This document shows positions 51,888 through 60,957 of a stretch of DNA of 64,000 nucleotides, piece after piece; position 1 is the first letter of the stretch, and each line of letters starts with the position of its first letter. Source of the DNA: Desulfosudaceae bacterium (lineage in GTDB: Bacteria; Desulfobacterota; Desulfobacteria; Desulfobacterales; Desulfosudaceae); NCBI GenBank assembly GCA_963674745.2, contig CAXXDV010000001.1:1984001-2048000 (forward strand), given 5' to 3'. A program made the position numbers and the translations under genes. The notes beneath the pieces were generated by a model. The model worked only from the letters and a program-made list of their open reading frames with translations, searched no databases and was not told the DNA's origin.

Positions 51888-54800
51888 ATGAAAAAAATTG
51901 CCCGGATATTTTTTTACAGCCTCTTATCTTTGGCTGTTCTTTGTTTCTTTTTGCCTTATGCCGTCAAGTTGAAACCGGTTCAGGCCAGGCTGACGGATAT
52001 TCTGCATCTTCAGTTGGGTATTCAGGCTGATGTTGATGACATGGGCTGGAAGTGGCTGCCTTTCCCGCAAATTGTGTTGTATAACGTCAGCCTGGTTGAT
52101 GATCTTGTGAAAATCGCTTATCCCCATGGCGCTGTCGGTTTGGGCCTTGCCAGGTCGATACGTTTTCAGCCGACCGTAAAACTGATAGCGGACAGGCCCC
52201 AAATCGTCTTCAAATCCCTGTCTCAAACCGGAAAAAGAGATGAAAAGCAGATCATCGACCAGAGATTACGCCCGCCGTTTGTTTTTCTGCAAATCAAAAA
52301 AGGCCACCTGCTTTTGCCGCCTGACGGCGTTTTAGAAAAATTTGCCACGGAAAAGGCTCAGGCCGAAATCTTTGACATTAATGCCGATATTGCCCTGTCC
52401 CCTGAGGGAGTTGAGGTGAAAAGCACCGGCCGTTTTTCTTTTGCCGATAAAATTCTGGCGCATATCCGTCTTGAAAAGAATCGTTCTGCGTCCCCGGCGA
52501 TGCAGAAAGATTTGTGGCAACTTGATATACGTGGAGAAAACATTGACCTGACCGGGGCGAGAAAGAAAATGCTGATGCTTTTCGGCAAACACAAAACCGC
52601 TCAAAAAATTTTCGATGTCGTCCGGGGCGGTCGCATCAAAACCGGGAATTATCTCTTTAATGGCCCTGCTGAAGATTTTAAAGATCTGACGGCCATGAAA
52701 ATTCTGCTGCAAGCCGACGATGTCGATATCCTCGTTCCGAAAGTCCGGCTTCCGCTTAAACATGGGACCGGTCCTGTCGTTATTGAAGATGGGATTCTCA
52801 CGGGGCATTCTCTATCGGTCCGTTTGGGAACGTCTTCCGGCCAAAACGGCCAAGTCCGGATTGATTTGCTCAAGCGGAATCGTGCCTTTGAAGTTGATGC
52901 TGATGTTGATGCCGATGTTAAAGAGCTGCGCGGCTGGTTGATCAACAATTTATTGGTCCGTCATGAGCGGGTTGCCAACGAACTTGAAAAAATTTCCGCT
53001 GTCCGGGGTCGGGCCCGGGGGCATCTGCATATCGGCGGCAGTTCCCGTCATCCGGTGATCAAGGCCGATGTGGCGGAATCGGACAGCCGGATCGAATATG
53101 AACGGTTTAATTATCCGGTTGAAATTAAAAGCGGTCTGATAACGATTTATCAAGACAGGCTGACCTGGGACGATGCCAGCGGCGGCATCGGATCCCAGCG
53201 CATTGACTCATCCCGGGGAGCTGTTAAATGGAGTGACGGCGTTCAGATTGACGTCGATGAACTTATTGCCCACCTGGATGCCCGATCCCTTCTCGAGGAA
53301 AAACTGGTTCGACAGGCGCTTGAAAAGACCATGACGTCGCTGATTGATGCAGCCGACGGTGGCTTGGATATTAAGCACGCTGAAATACACGGCCCGGTAA
53401 ATGATTTTAGAAAGCTGTCCTATAATTTTAACATCGATACCGACGATTTGATGGTCGACAGCCCGCTTCTACCCGATATCGTCCGGGTTACCGCATCCGG
53501 CGTCAGGGTTACCGAGAACAGGTTTGTCATGCCGACCGGACGGATTGACACATCCGATCGCCAGTTAACGCTGCAAACAGACATTGCCCATGACCTGTGG
53601 CATGATTTTTCAGGCCGCCTGACCATAAAAGGCATCATCGGTCCACAAATAGCCCGGTGGGTAAAAACCAAACACTGGGTACCCGATCGGTTTTTTCCGA
53701 AAATCCCTTGTGTTCTGGGCCCTTTGACCGTGTCGTGGAATAAAAAAGAAAAAAACGTGACCGGAACAATCATTCCCGGCAGCAATGAAAAAAACGTCGT
53801 CAGCAGTCGACTGGATCTGAGCCTGTCTGAAGGCCGGCTGGCGCTTAAGGAGCTGTCCATCACCTCGATGGATGAATCCGCCGATATGTGGTTTTTTCTT
53901 GAGCGTGGCCTGCAACCAAGTTTCAAAGGCGGTTTTAAGGGCAGTTTAAAAAAAGAAACCCTGGATGTCTTGCTCGAGGACAATCAATTTCTGACAGGCA
54001 GCGTTTCCGGGGATTGTGAAATGGTGTTGAACCTGAACCATGTCGCGGCCCATCGGTTGACAGGCGATATTAACGTGTCCTGGGCGTCTTTATTTTTTAA
54101 AGGCAGTCGCGTTCTTATCAACAGTGCCGTTATCTCCGGGGATGAATCCAGTGTGAAGATCAAGCGTGCTGATCTGAGAATAAACGATGAGTCCGTCATG
54201 ATAGACGGGCGCGTTTATTTTCCCGATGAGGCGGATATTAAGACCGAGTTGAACGTTACCTCGCGCAAGCTTTCAGCCGGAAACCTGAACCATTTTTTCG
54301 GCGATCTGAAAGACCTTTTGTTCGGACCTGTCAGCCCGACGAAACCCGCACTTGAAAGAGAGGGGTTGCCTTCAAAGGATAGGCCGAAAACGTTTTCCGC
54401 CACGGGAATTATAAACGTTGATATAAAAGAGTTGTTATTTAATCCGGAACGGCACGATTCGCCCGTACCGGTGAAACAGTTTATCGGCCATGACTTATCC
54501 GGCACGATAAGTCTCGGGCCGGACAACCGGATTGTCGCCACCCTTACTTCCGGAGAAGTCTGCAACGTTAAAGTGTCCGGTACAGTCGGCCTGCCGCCGG
54601 AAAAGACCGTCTTAACCCTTGAAACCGACCCGGAACACAAACCGGAGGTTCAGGACCTGCTGGACTGTTTGGGCGTGACAGACAGAGAGATGTCGGGAAA
54701 ATATGTGCTACAGGCGGTAATAAGCGGCACCTCCGGGAATTGGACTGACGGGCATATCAAGTTCAAAGCCAGGAAAGGCAGGATGAAAGGGCTGGCCGTG

Positions 54801-55199
54801 ATTTCAAAAATTCTTACCCTGGTCAATGTGACGGAACTGTTTTCCATTAATGTGTTTAAGAATTTTTTCACCATGGGCTATCCCTACAAGGATATGAAGC
54901 TGTCCGGTACAATTACGGATAATATTCTGACCCTTGAAGAGACTCAGATCATCGGTGAGGGACTTGATATCTTTTTCGAGGGCACCGTTGATTTGAGTAC
55001 GACCGCCCTGGATATGGTGGCTTATGTCAAACCCTTCAAAATGGTTGACTCTATCGTAACGCTGATCCCCTATGTCGGTAAAGACCTGGGAGATGGTGAA
55101 AAAAGCATCGCCTATATCCCTTTTAAGATTAAGGGAGATATTGATAATCCGGACGTTTTTCTTGTTTTTGAAGACAAGCGCAAGGGGAACAAACCATAA
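51888..55199 (+). CDS. AsmA-like (YhdP/TamB clan) protein
   Basis: N-terminal TM anchor, long beta-rich body, AsmA_2-like C-terminus (PFKMVDSIVTLIPYVG...KIKGDIDNPDV). Confidence 0.85.
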   Translation: MKKIARIFFYSLLSLAVLCFFLPYAVKLKPVQARLTDILHLQLGIQADVDDMGWKWLPFPQIVLYNVSLVDDLVKIAYPHGAVGLGLARSIRFQPTVKLIADRPQIVFKSLSQTGKRDEKQIIDQRLRPPFVFLQIKKGHLLLPPDGVLEKFATEKAQAEIFDINADIALSPEGVEVKSTGRFSFADKILAHIRLEKNRSASPAMQKDLWQLDIRGENIDLTGARKKMLMLFGKHKTAQKIFDVVRGGRIKTGNYLFNGPAEDFKDLTAMKILLQADDVDILVPKVRLPLKHGTGPVVIEDGILTGHSLSVRLGTSSGQNGQVRIDLLKRNRAFEVDADVDADVKELRGWLINNLLVRHERVANELEKISAVRGRARGHLHIGGSSRHPVIKADVAESDSRIEYERFNYPVEIKSGLITIYQDRLTWDDASGGIGSQRIDSSRGAVKWSDGVQIDVDELIAHLDARSLLEEKLVRQALEKTMTSLIDAADGGLDIKHAEIHGPVNDFRKLSYNFNIDTDDLMVDSPLLPDIVRVTASGVRVTENRFVMPTGRIDTSDRQLTLQTDIAHDLWHDFSGRLTIKGIIGPQIARWVKTKHWVPDRFFPKIPCVLGPLTVSWNKKEKNVTGTIIPGSNEKNVVSSRLDLSLSEGRLALKELSITSMDESADMWFFLERGLQPSFKGGFKGSLKKETLDVLLEDNQFLTGSVSGDCEMVLNLNHVAAHRLTGDINVSWASLFFKGSRVLINSAVISGDESSVKIKRADLRINDESVMIDGRVYFPDEADIKTELNVTSRKLSAGNLNHFFGDLKDLLFGPVSPTKPALEREGLPSKDRPKTFSATGIINVDIKELLFNPERHDSPVPVKQFIGHDLSGTISLGPDNRIVATLTSGEVCNVKVSGTVGLPPEKTVLTLETDPEHKPEVQDLLDCLGVTDREMSGKYVLQAVISGTSGNWTDGHIKFKARKGRMKGLAVISKILTLVNVTELFSINVFKNFFTMGYPYKDMKLSGTITDNILTLEETQIIGEGLDIFFEGTVDLSTTALDMVAYVKPFKMVDSIVTLIPYVGKDLGDGEKSIAYIPFKIKGDIDNPDVFLVFEDKRKGNKP

Positions 55200-55223
55200 G
55201 CAGTTTAAACGGGTAAAGGCCTC

Positions 55224-56273
55224 TTACCGGCCGGTTTCGAGATAGGTCATGATGATCTGCCGGGACGTCTTTTCCCCGGCGCCGGGGCCGTGCAAAATGG
55301 TGTTGACCAGGTTGTCATCATCAAGGACGGCCCGGGTCAGTTCTTGATCCCGGGTTAAACCGCCCAGATAAAGCTCCAAAACGACCCGGATGGCTTTTTT
55401 CTTGCTTTCAACCGACCCCCAGCCATAGAGCAGGGTTTCGCTGATTCGCCCGTTGTCGGCATCAAGCACGGCATCCACGTTCCGGCTTTCCTTCATCATC
55501 ATGTCCACAAAATCACCATCACGGATGAATTCCCGCAGCCTGGCTTCCAGCACATTCTTTACCCGTTGTTTGTCAGCCAGCAGTCTTTCCGTCAGATCCC
55601 TGTCCGGGGATGTTTTGGCCATCTCGATGTATTTTTCTTTTTTAAACATGTCCTTCAAGTTCATGAAGGTGTTGTAGATGTTGTTCCTGGTGGCGTAATT
55701 GGCCATCCATTCCGGGATGCTGCCGCGGATATCGGCCCGATAGGTATGAATAATACCGGTCCGCTGGCGGGTTACAAACTCGAAAACATACTGGCCGGTC
55801 ATGTCGATCATCCGGATATGATCGTCATTCTCCGGGCAGGTGTTTATTTCTGTACTGAACAGGTTGCTGATGGCCCTGCCATGTTCAAGGTCATATTCCG
55901 TAACCGATTCCATGACCAGGTCCCTGTCGTTCACCGGCCAGGGAAGATCAAAGGACAAGTAAAGAGTGAAATTATTCCGGTCTTTTTTCATCAGCATGCG
56001 GGCTTCATCGCAGTATGGCAGCCATAGGGTGTCGGCCGGCACGTCACGCAATACTTCACCGATCACTTCAACCGGAGAGTCGACCACCATCACGGCCCGA
56101 AACTCAAAAATGCCCGAACCGGAAATTTTTCTGGAGTAGGCCTTGATGCCGTTTTTATTCATGACCAGTTCCCAGTCGCCTTCGGCCTCGCCTGAAGCGG
56201 CTTCGGCGGTGGTATGAACAAGCCCGCAAACACAGAAAATCACCAGCAGGAACAGGAAAGTAATTCGTTCCAT
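55224..56273 (-). CDS. Exported START-domain lipid-binding protein
   Basis: Signal peptide; WELVMNKNGIKAYSR, PWPVNDRDLV, GSIPEW. Confidence 0.8.
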   Translation of the reverse strand: MERITFLFLLVIFCVCGLVHTTAEAASGEAEGDWELVMNKNGIKAYSRKISGSGIFEFRAVMVVDSPVEVIGEVLRDVPADTLWLPYCDEARMLMKKDRNNFTLYLSFDLPWPVNDRDLVMESVTEYDLEHGRAISNLFSTEINTCPENDDHIRMIDMTGQYVFEFVTRQRTGIIHTYRADIRGSIPEWMANYATRNNIYNTFMNLKDMFKKEKYIEMAKTSPDRDLTERLLADKQRVKNVLEARLREFIRDGDFVDMMMKESRNVDAVLDADNGRISETLLYGWGSVESKKKAIRVVLELYLGGLTRDQELTRAVLDDDNLVNTILHGPGAGEKTSRQIIMTYLETGR

Positions 56274-56353
56274 AAACAATTTATCCTTTTTGTTTTCGAG
56301 AAAACAGACGCTCATAAGGTCGATTTTATGTTGACAGTTGCTTGATGTGAAAA

Positions 56354-56698
56354 TCAGGCACTGGAGGCCGGCACGATGCAGAGAAATTCCAGGTCGGTCT
56401 GCCCGGTGTTTTTAAACTGGTGCCGTTCTTTCGAAGGAATAAAAACAACACTGCCGGTTGTAATTGATCGAGGTCCCTGGTCGGAAAACACTTCTCCCTG
56501 TCCGGAAAGAACAAACACTTCATGCTCCCAGTCATGTTGATGAAGGGGTGTATAACCGCCGGGTTCGACCCGGAACTGTCTTAGGAAAAAATTTTCAGCC
56601 CGGTCTTCAGGACCGACCAGCATGCGCATGAAGACATTTTTGGCTTCGGGATCCGTTACCGGGTTTTCAGTAATACCGACATTGTTTTCTACCTTCAT
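56354..56698 (-). CDS. Cupin domain protein
   Basis: PGGYTPLHQHDWEHEVFVLSG, VFIPSKERHQF. Confidence 0.88.
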   Translation of the reverse strand: MKVENNVGITENPVTDPEAKNVFMRMLVGPEDRAENFFLRQFRVEPGGYTPLHQHDWEHEVFVLSGQGEVFSDQGPRSITTGSVVFIPSKERHQFKNTGQTDLEFLCIVPASSA

Positions 56699-56783
56699 AT
56701 ATTCCCTCCCGTCATTCCCTTGAACCATGGTAACCTTTATGCCCCGCCCTTGCATCTTATTCAATAAAAAACATGGTGCCCTT

Positions 56784-57902
56784 TTAAATCATACGTTTTA
56801 TGTAATCGATCTTCTTCATCGGCACCATTCCCAGTAGAGACTGAATGTGCCGGGCGTCACGGAAGCGTTTTTCCTGGCCGAAGTCTTTCATGTAGCCCAC
56901 CCCGCCCATCACCTGGATGCCGTCGGTGGTCAGTTCTCCGGCCATGGCCTGAACGTGAACGGCCGCGGCCCGGCTGCATTCCGGCCAGCCTTTTTCTTTT
57001 TGATCAACCGCCTGACAGGCGCGGGCCACAATCATTTCCGCATTTTTGGTCATGATGGCCATATTGGCCAGAATCATCTGCACTTCCGACCAGTTGATGA
57101 TTTCATGACCGCCCTGGAAACGGGCCTTGCTGTATTCAAAGGCTTCTTTGAACGAACCTTTCATGATACCGGTCGACATGGCCGCAGCCGCTACAGACAG
57201 CCTGTCGGCCATGGCCTTAAAATAGACGCCTCCCTCTTCTTCCTTGCCGATCAGGTCCCCCTTGGATGCCTGCAGGGAGATATCAATCGCGGGACAGGCG
57301 TGCAGGCCCAGGCTGTGAACCGGCTGGCTTTTGGACAGGCTGCGCTGGTTGAGGGCGACCAGGAAAAACGAGTATTGTTTCTGCCCTGCCACGACAGCCG
57401 GAATAACAGCGTGCCCGGCCAGTCCGCCCAGAACGACATACTCTATGTCTCCGGTAAGCCGGTACTGGCCGTTTTGTTTTTCCGCCTTCACAACGTGATC
57501 GTCCTGTCCGGGGTTGTTGAACACCGGACAGGCCAGCAGGAATTTATTGACGGTTTCCGCTTTGCCGATCTTTTTTTTCAGCAGATCTCCGGCGTCGGCC
57601 GCCAGCATGATTTCCTGGGCAGCGGCGTTGGTGAAAATGATACCGGCCAGGCTGGTGTCCTCCTGGCAGAGGCCATCAAGCAGAATGCTCAGGGCGCTCA
57701 TTCCCTGTTCAATGCCGCCCACTGATTCCGGCAGGGTGGTATGAAAAAAATCCGCTTCAAAGGCTTTTTCCAGGACGCTGTCAAAAAACGGCCCAAAAGG
57801 GAATTTGTCGTTTTCTTCCCGGTTTGGCGCCAGTTCTTTTTTGGCGAATTCAGCGGCACTTTTGTTCAGGAGCTTCAGTCCCTTGTCGTTGGCGGCAATC
57901 AT
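56784..57902 (-). CDS. Acyl-CoA dehydrogenase-family protein lacking canonical catalytic motifs
   Basis: IQVMGGVGYMKD..EKRFRDA present; YEG and TEP motifs absent. Confidence 0.85.
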   Translation of the reverse strand: MIAANDKGLKLLNKSAAEFAKKELAPNREENDKFPFGPFFDSVLEKAFEADFFHTTLPESVGGIEQGMSALSILLDGLCQEDTSLAGIIFTNAAAQEIMLAADAGDLLKKKIGKAETVNKFLLACPVFNNPGQDDHVVKAEKQNGQYRLTGDIEYVVLGGLAGHAVIPAVVAGQKQYSFFLVALNQRSLSKSQPVHSLGLHACPAIDISLQASKGDLIGKEEEGGVYFKAMADRLSVAAAAMSTGIMKGSFKEAFEYSKARFQGGHEIINWSEVQMILANMAIMTKNAEMIVARACQAVDQKEKGWPECSRAAAVHVQAMAGELTTDGIQVMGGVGYMKDFGQEKRFRDARHIQSLLGMVPMKKIDYIKRMI

Positions 57903-57918
57903 ATCGTTCTCCTTTTAT

Positions 57919-59425
57919 CTATTCTTCAAAGACCGTAACCTGCGGATAGCTTCGGCCGATCAGACATTTAAAGACATTGAGCCGGTTGAGCTGGTTGGTG
58001 CCTTCGTATATCTGTAAGAGTTTGGCGTCGCGCAGAAATTTTTCCGCCCGCCGGTCGTGACGCAATCCGGCCTGTCCCATCAGGTCCAGCGCCAGATGGC
58101 AGTTTTTGACGCCCATGTCGGTACAATAAAATTTGGCCAGGGATCCCAGGCCGGCAACCCGCTGGGAATTTTCTTCACTGTTTTTCGCAAAACGCATACG
58201 CCGCATGATGCGGGTGGCCGACGGTTTGTCCAGCCAGCGGGAGACGACCCGGTCAAACCAGAAGCGGGGCGTGAACTTCATATTATAATATGCCGGCCGG
58301 GTCTGGAGGGCCGAGGTAGAGCCGTAAAGACCGTTGGCATAGGCCGATTCCATATATGTCAGCCGGGCGGAAACGACATTCTTATACATTTCGGCCAGCA
58401 GGCACTGGGCCCATTCATGGTTGATCAGCAGACGCCCGTTAATCGTTTCTTTTGCGGCCATACCCAGGGCGGTTTCAAAAGCGCCCCGGGCCGCGCCGGC
58501 GCCAAACGCGCCCACCCCCGCCCGGGAGGCGGAAAGAACGTCGTCCAGCAGTAACTGGATAACGTCCTTTTTGTTCATCCCCTGATATTCAATGTCATCC
58601 GGCGAGCCGCAGACATATTCGTCGGGAACAAAGCAATCATCAAAAATCAGTTCACTGGCCGGGCAACCCTTCTGGCCCATCTTTTTTTCCATTTTACCGA
58701 AGGAGAACCCTTTCATGCCGTTACGAACAGCTAAAACAACGGTGTTCTGTGACGGTTTTTTCCAGGTCCCGATAGGCAATCAAAATATGCCAGGTGGACA
58801 GGTGGCCGCTGGAAATAAAGATCTTGGTACCGTTGACCAGGTAGCCGCCATCCACTTTTTGGGCATGACAGGTGATCTGACCACGATCAACAAGGTCCGT
58901 CTCCTCCACATCGGTACCCGCCCCCGGTTCGGTGATGGCGGTTGAGAGAAGGCAGGGCCGGCCGCTTTTTTCACCGGCTGCGGTCTCCCGGAACAGCTTG
59001 TTCATCAACCGTGTGTTCATGGTACAGGCCAGGGAGGCTACCCCCAGGTAATGGACCTGGATCAGGTTGGCCATACCCAGGCAGGCCGAGGCCAGTTCTT
59101 CGGTCAGCGGCGGACCGGCCAGGGTGGCCACGCCTCCGCCACCGAACATTTTGGGAATAAACATGGAGTAGAAACCCCATTGGCCGGCTTTTTTGACAAA
59201 ATCCCAGGGCAGGTAGGCCGGATCTTCATGCATTTTCAGATCGAGCTCCATGCAGCCGGGCCGGATAACCATGTCGTTGAATTTGCGGGCCAGGGCCACG
59301 GCTTTCCGGACTTCCGCAACTATCGGGCGGGGCAGGGCAGGCAGGGCCTGCAGGGAGTTGGTTATGTCGTCAAAGCGCGGTTCGCGATTGGCCAGCTTTT
59401 TTATTGCCGATTTTGAAAGCATCAT
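57919..59425 (-). pseudogene. Acyl-CoA dehydrogenase with 1-nt frameshift at ~58756-58763
   Basis: ORFs 58721-59425 and 57919-58779 join at CTGGAAAAAACCG; removing one base restores DLEKPSQN, matching the paralog DLKKPSEN. Confidence 0.85.
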
Positions 59426-59431
59426 CCGTTT

Positions 59432-60934
59432 TTACTCCTCAAAGACGGTTGCCTGGGGATAGTCTCGGCCGATGAGGCACTTGAAGAGATTGACCCGGTT
59501 GAGTTGATTGGTGCCCTCGTAAATTTGTAACAATTTGGCATCGCGCAGAAATTTTTCCGCGCGCCGGTCGTGACGCAAACCGGCCTGCCCCATCATGTCC
59601 AGGGCCAGATGACAATTGCGAATGCCGGCGTCAGAAGCGGTAAATTTGGACAACGACCCCAGCCCGGAGCAGATGTGGATTTCATCATCCGTCTGCTTGT
59701 CGGCCATGGCTTTGCGCAGCAGTCGGGTGGCCAGCGGCGTATTTAAAAATGGCGATATGAATTTTTCGATGATAAAGGTAGGAACATATTTCGAGTAATA
59801 AAAGAGCAATTTCTGATGCATGAGTTTGTAAAAACCATACAGGCTGTTGGCGTAATTGGTCTCCACGTAGGTCAGCCTTGAGGTGACAACGTTCTTATAC
59901 ATTTCGGCCAGCAGGCTTTGAGCCCATTCGTGATTGATCAACAGCTTGCCGTTAATTTTTGTTTCAACGGCAAAGGCCAGTGCTTCCTCATAGGCGCCGC
60001 GGGCCGCGCCGGTGGCAAAAGCGCCCACGCCGGCCCGGGACGCAGAAACCACGTAATCGATCATCTGCTGGTTCGCTTCCCTGGGGCCACGCTTTGTTTT
60101 AATGGCATCGTCCCCGGACATGCATACATTTTCATCCGGTACGAAACAGTCTTTGAAAATCAATTCGCTGGCCGGGCATCCTTTTTGCCCCATTTTATGT
60201 TCCATGCGGCCGAAAGAAAAACCTTTCGTTCCGGTCTTGACGCCCATCATAATGGTGTTCTCCGACGGCTTTTTTAAATCGGTATAAGCGATCAGCATAT
60301 GCCAGGTGGAAATGTGACCGTTGGAGATAAATATTTTGGACCCATTAACGAGGTAGCCCCCAGCCACTTTTTGGGCGTGGCAGGTGATGTTGCCTTTATC
60401 CGACAATTCAACTTCCTCCACGTCCGTGCCGGCGCCTGGTTCAGTGATGGCCAGGGAGATCAGGCAGGGCACCCCGTTTTTTTCGCCGGCCACGACCTCC
60501 CGGCAGATGCGGTTGATCACCCGCGCGTTCCAGGGCGCGCAGAGGGTGGCCACTCCCAGGTAATGAACGCCGATCAGGTTGGCCATGGCCAGGCACACGG
60601 AACCGATTTCTTCGACGAAAACCGACATGGAAGACATGTTGAACCCTTTGCCGCCGAAGATGCGGGGAATCCACAGGGTGTAAAACCCCCATTCATTGGC
60701 CTTGGACACAAAGTCATAGGGAAGGAAGGCGGGGTTTTCATGCATGGCCAGATCAAGCTCCTGTGTATAGGGCCTGACCACCTCGTCATTGAATTTTCGG
60801 GCCAGGGCCACTACCTGTCGGGTTTCCCTGACCATAGCAGCCGGCATTTTCGGAGCCGCGTTGAGGCTGACGAACATGTCATCAAACGCGGGTGCGCGGG
60901 ACAGCAGGGACTTTATTTCCGATCTTGTTACCAT
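59432..60934 (-). CDS. Acyl-CoA dehydrogenase
   Basis: AITEPGAGTD, NGSKIFISNG, KMGQKG, RDAKLLQIYEGTNQ. Confidence 0.93.
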   Translation of the reverse strand: MVTRSEIKSLLSRAPAFDDMFVSLNAAPKMPAAMVRETRQVVALARKFNDEVVRPYTQELDLAMHENPAFLPYDFVSKANEWGFYTLWIPRIFGGKGFNMSSMSVFVEEIGSVCLAMANLIGVHYLGVATLCAPWNARVINRICREVVAGEKNGVPCLISLAITEPGAGTDVEEVELSDKGNITCHAQKVAGGYLVNGSKIFISNGHISTWHMLIAYTDLKKPSENTIMMGVKTGTKGFSFGRMEHKMGQKGCPASELIFKDCFVPDENVCMSGDDAIKTKRGPREANQQMIDYVVSASRAGVGAFATGAARGAYEEALAFAVETKINGKLLINHEWAQSLLAEMYKNVVTSRLTYVETNYANSLYGFYKLMHQKLLFYYSKYVPTFIIEKFISPFLNTPLATRLLRKAMADKQTDDEIHICSGLGSLSKFTASDAGIRNCHLALDMMGQAGLRHDRRAEKFLRDAKLLQIYEGTNQLNRVNLFKCLIGRDYPQATVFEE

Positions 60935-60957
60935 ACATTCTTTCCTTCTTAAAAAAT

